DNA of 29,277 nt from a virus: positions 1-29,277 of the IMG/VR virus record IMGVR_UViG_3300036783_000021, one strand, 5' to 3'. The notes beneath the pieces are model-generated. The model had not been told where the DNA came from and did no database searches. It was given only the letters and a program-made list of their open reading frames with translations. Below, one piece after another: positions 26,440 through 29,277 of the stretch (position 1 is the first letter of the stretch; every line of letters starts with the position of its first letter). The position numbers and the translations under genes are program-made.

Positions 26440-26665
26440 CCTCTTACATAGAGTTAATCACCACTGCTGACGCCAATCAGGGGTGGTGAACTGTGCAGGG
26501 TTGGCGTAACCGGGTAAGAGGAACCGGCGCGGATTGCTCCGCCCCCACACAGCCCACCATAATTTGAAGGTGTGACCATGCAAACGACAATAAAAAAGAC
26601 GCTGGCGCGTCTGTAGTCGCCTCCTAACTTCCGGGACGCCAATCCCGCCGCCAGCAATGTGGCGT
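26440..26665 (-). ncRNA. c4/IsrK-type regulatory RNA and structured leader upstream of the antirepressor
   Basis: GGGATTGGCGTCCC stem-loop at the 5' end, complementary ACGCCAA downstream, second GATTGGCGTC copy, internal T-tract; arrangement as in P1 c4-icd-ant and Gifsy-1 isrK-anrP. RNA boundaries approximate. Confidence 0.75.
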
Positions 26666-26671
26666 GCGGCG

Positions 26672-26701
26672 AATATAGCCCCGGATGCTGATTTCTGTCA
26701 A
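26672..26701 (-). promoter_or_regulatory. Sigma70 promoter of the c4/IsrK-antirepressor unit
   Basis: TTGACA-18-TATATT. Confidence 0.75.
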
Positions 26702-26821
26702 TCAACTCTGTCACATGATCGTTTTCACCGATCGATTGATCAAAATTGATCTGTAATACCAATTTTAAGTGTGTGGTTATTGCTGATAGTTTTTCCCCAC
26801 ACACTTTTAAAGGGATTTATC

Positions 26822-27118
26822 ATGCCTCTTCGGTTCTCATCTGGAGCGCAAATATTCTTGCTCGCAATGGCGTTGATGCTGCTGGTTCTGCTTGTGATGC
26901 TCTATAGGCTTATTTTCCCGGCAGCCAAAACTCACATCCAACCACCTGAAATGTATACCACCCTGTCCTGTAAAAGCTTCGGCCCAATCGGGGCGAAGAC
27001 GCCAGAAGAGTTGAGTGGGAAATTAAATAGCCTCTCATCACCCAATGCACCATCCCTGTTTTGCGTCAAAACGCTCAAATCTGGCTCATGGGAAATTTAC
27101 CGCGACTCCGTTAAATAA
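26822..27118 (+). CDS. Moron: membrane-anchored small protein with two cysteines
   Basis: AAGGGA RBS, ATG at 26822; one strong TM helix, then a soluble domain; convergent with Q. Confidence 0.7.
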   Translation: MPLRFSSGAQIFLLAMALMLLVLLVMLYRLIFPAAKTHIQPPEMYTTLSCKSFGPIGAKTPEELSGKLNSLSSPNAPSLFCVKTLKSGSWEIYRDSVK

Positions 27119-27149
27119 CCGCCCCGCCGGGCGGTCTTACCCCTTCCTG

Positions 27150-27902
27150 TTAATGCGTCACGCGGCCCAGGGCATTCTCTGCGCTGGCCTCCTCCATGTG
27201 GCAATGCTCCACCAGCCGCTCAAAGAATAATTTGTAGTTGCGGCGCCATGTTGTTTCCGGGATGCCCAGGGCTTTGAATATCTCCGTGTCCTTTAAGCGT
27301 GGGTATCCGCGCCCGGTGCAGCGCTTGCACTGCGAATAGACAGGCACACCCTGCAGATCTGTTTTCTCTTTATCGAGCACCTCGCCGCGGCCACGGCAGC
27401 GGCATTCATTCTTAATAGCGCCCTTCCCATTGCAGGGTTTGCAGATAACGCGGATCTGCTCCCGGTCTTGCTCCTGCGGGAACCAGCTATCACGCACGCG
27501 CCAAGCCTTCATCGTGAACACTTCAGCGTCAATAAACCCGGTACCGCTGCAGCAATCGCATTTCGTGGTGCTGGCGGCACTGAGCGAGTAATCACGAAAC
27601 ACGTATTCAGCCAGGGTGCGCAGGAATGCGCTACGCTGATCGGCTGTCATTTTTTGCAGCGTGCGGTTTTTCATGCTGCGCTGAGTTGCGAGCTGCTCGA
27701 TATAGTTCGTGATGTTGTCCGGCGACAGAACGCCCGCTTTTGCCAGATAAAGCTCGATGCCGATCGCTGATTGCGCAGCGGCCATGCCAAGCGAAGCCAT
27801 TACATCAGTGATGGTCAGGGTGTCAGCTGTCATACCGCAGGGAACCGCGCCGGGCGTCATGGATTTTGGGGAGAAATATTTAACAATGGCTTCCAGTTTC
27901 AT
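27150..27902 (-). CDS. Q: Late antitermination protein Q (lambda type, Cys-rich)
   Basis: MKLEAIVKYFSPKS, LTITDVMASLG, DYS.SAAS, multiple CxxC; start at 27902 by ATGA overlap. Confidence 0.9.
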   Translation of the reverse strand: MKLEAIVKYFSPKSMTPGAVPCGMTADTLTITDVMASLGMAAAQSAIGIELYLAKAGVLSPDNITNYIEQLATQRSMKNRTLQKMTADQRSAFLRTLAEYVFRDYSLSAASTTKCDCCSGTGFIDAEVFTMKAWRVRDSWFPQEQDREQIRVICKPCNGKGAIKNECRCRGRGEVLDKEKTDLQGVPVYSQCKRCTGRGYPRLKDTEIFKALGIPETTWRRNYKLFFERLVEHCHMEEASAENALGRVTH

Positions 27903-28195
27903 TTCTTTTCCTTCAGTAAACGGGCGGCGTAGTTGCGTAAAATTCGGTAATCGGTCATCACAGAACCGGAAAAGCGGCAAAGACGCAGCCATGACCATTC
28001 CTTTTGCAGTTCACATGCGGTCAGTTGATAACTGGCATTGCGTTTTTCATCGCGGTCACTCAAATATCTGTCAGCGCAAACCAGTGCGCGGCATTGTCTG
28101 GCCAGCATTGAGCGGCGGAGGTAGCGCAGCGGAGGGAATGTTAATTCGTTTACCATTACGCGCACGGCATTGAGGTTGTCATTGGGCTTAATCAT
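27899..28195 (-). CDS. YlcG-like protein with N-terminal extension
   Basis: C-terminal WLRL.RF.GSV.TDYRILRNYA matches the YlcG family commonly found upstream of Q. Confidence 0.65.
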   Translation of the reverse strand: MIKPNDNLNAVRVMVNELTFPPLRYLRRSMLARQCRALVCADRYLSDRDEKRNASYQLTACELQKEWSWLRLCRFSGSVMTDYRILRNYAARLLKEKK

Positions 28196-28910
28196 TCGTT
28201 ATCCCCTTCAGTCTTTTACTGGCAATAGCGAAAATATCCGGGTCTTTTTCAATGCCAACAAAGCGGCGGCCTGACTGGTGACAGGCCACCCCGGCGGTAC
28301 CGCTGCCCATAGTGAAATCCAGAATTATTTCGCCGGGGTTGCTGTAGGTTTCGATTAGATAGCGGATCAGCGCCAGCGGTTTCTGGGTTGGGTGATAACT
28401 GTTGCGCTGCTTATCGCTCGAGAAAAATTGAACGTCTCGCGGGTACCGTGATGTGCTGTCATATTCAGTAAGCTCCAGCGCCTTCCCGTAGCACTCAGAA
28501 TTCACGGTTTTACGCTTACTGGTTTTCCGCTCATGGCCGTGGGTGATTTGCGGGTTATAGGTCGGCTGCTGGCGGTAAAATACCTGGATGTTTTCGTGAG
28601 CGCGTAGCGGTTGCTTTTTCGCGTTCAAAAATCCGGTGGCCGCGCCCTTCTCCCAGATCCACTCGCTGCGCCAGTGTTTGATGTTGCTGCCCACCAGCAT
28701 GCTGGTAAATGGCTGAGCGGAAAACAGCACAAACGCCGCACTGGGTTTTGCAACGCGGTAAAGGCATTCCCACATTTCACCCAGATCAATTACGCTGTCC
28801 CACTTGCATTGTGTGGATCCGTAAGGGATATCAGCGCAAACCAGGTCAATAGAGCCCGCGGGGATTCTGTTCATTGCTGACAGGCAGCATTCGTTGATGA
28901 GAGTCATCAT
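28188..28910 (-). CDS. Orphan amino-DNA methyltransferase (N6A/N4C, beta class)
   Basis: DIPYG catalytic motif precedes HPTQKP and LDFTMGSGT SAM motif; start at 28910 by ATGA overlap. Confidence 0.9.
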   Translation of the reverse strand: MMTLINECCLSAMNRIPAGSIDLVCADIPYGSTQCKWDSVIDLGEMWECLYRVAKPSAAFVLFSAQPFTSMLVGSNIKHWRSEWIWEKGAATGFLNAKKQPLRAHENIQVFYRQQPTYNPQITHGHERKTSKRKTVNSECYGKALELTEYDSTSRYPRDVQFFSSDKQRNSYHPTQKPLALIRYLIETYSNPGEIILDFTMGSGTAGVACHQSGRRFVGIEKDPDIFAIASKRLKGITND

Positions 28911-29209
28911 GACGGCAGCCCCATTTCTGCGCGCACTTGTTCCAGCAGTTCGCCTTCTGTGCCGTAATGCGCTTCCCATGTTTTACGGCCAGCGTGAATG
29001 GCAACGCCGTGACCACCAGCGCGGTGATGGATATGGCAAAGCGGGATTACGTGGAAGTTATCAGCGCGAACAGAAAGGCCAGTCCCTTTGCTGCAGTGGT
29101 GAATTTCTGCCGGTGTATCACCCAGGTTCAGATTACGGCAGACAATGCAGCCCAGCGCGGCCACACGGGAAAGGTGGTGTTTTTCGGCTTTGGTCTTTGA
29201 CTTGCTCAT
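28907..29209 (-). CDS. Ref-family (HNH-like) recombination nuclease
   Basis: LGCIVC, AEIHH, IPLC..HHR, AIHAG...WE..YGTE motifs. Confidence 0.85.
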   Translation of the reverse strand: MSKSKTKAEKHHLSRVAALGCIVCRNLNLGDTPAEIHHCSKGTGLSVRADNFHVIPLCHIHHRAGGHGVAIHAGRKTWEAHYGTEGELLEQVRAEMGLPS

Positions 29210-29277
29210 GCGGCACCGCCAGCACGAACAGAAACACCGCCCTGATTAGCGCGGTGTGAATTGGGTATTGCGGTTGT
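29206..29277 (-). CDS. C-terminal fragment of an upstream gene (partial)
   Basis: Open frame ending in a TGA that overlaps the Ref ATG. Confidence 0.35.
   Translation of the reverse strand, partial: TTAIPNSHRANQGGVSVRAGGAA

Larger units (their letters stand above)
7..29277 (-). mobile_element. Temperate myovirus-type prophage (late half), continuing beyond the right edge
   Basis: Contiguous Q, lysis, terminase, head, contractile tail, baseplate and fibre genes ending at an att junction. Confidence 0.95.

Noticed and set aside
26454..26804. 116-aa ORF as an Ash-family protein
   Set aside because: It starts upstream of the promoter; the Ash-like residues are better explained by the conserved c4/IsrK RNA sequence, though a short leader peptide is possible

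Overview
The window holds the late half of an integrated temperate myovirus-type prophage in an Enterobacterales chromosome, transcribed almost entirely on the minus strand. Reading from right to left, it starts with nin-like genes (Ref nuclease, DNA methyltransferase, YlcG-like) and a lambda-type antiterminator Q. Two insertions follow: a membrane-protein moron and a c4/IsrK-type RNA plus antirepressor. Then come a lambda pR'-like late promoter, a holin and an M15 endolysin with no recognisable spanins, terminases, the head (DUF1073 portal, DUF2213 protease, DUF2184 capsid), a contractile tail and baseplate, two tail fibres, an unexplained cargo block and the attachment junction. The junction is a copy of the 3' end of the SdsR/RyeB sRNA with phased arm-type repeats and an IHF-like site. 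The most unusual part is the 228-2380 cargo block. It contains a 37-aa C4 zinc-finger gene missed by the ORF track and a hok/sok-like small membrane gene with a predicted antisense RNA. It also has a TGTTACGTAACA operator-like array in front of a two-gene operon encoding a Gly-zipper/coiled-coil/QN-rich protein and a Q/P/Y-rich prion-like protein. All family names come from recognition by eye, not from database searches.
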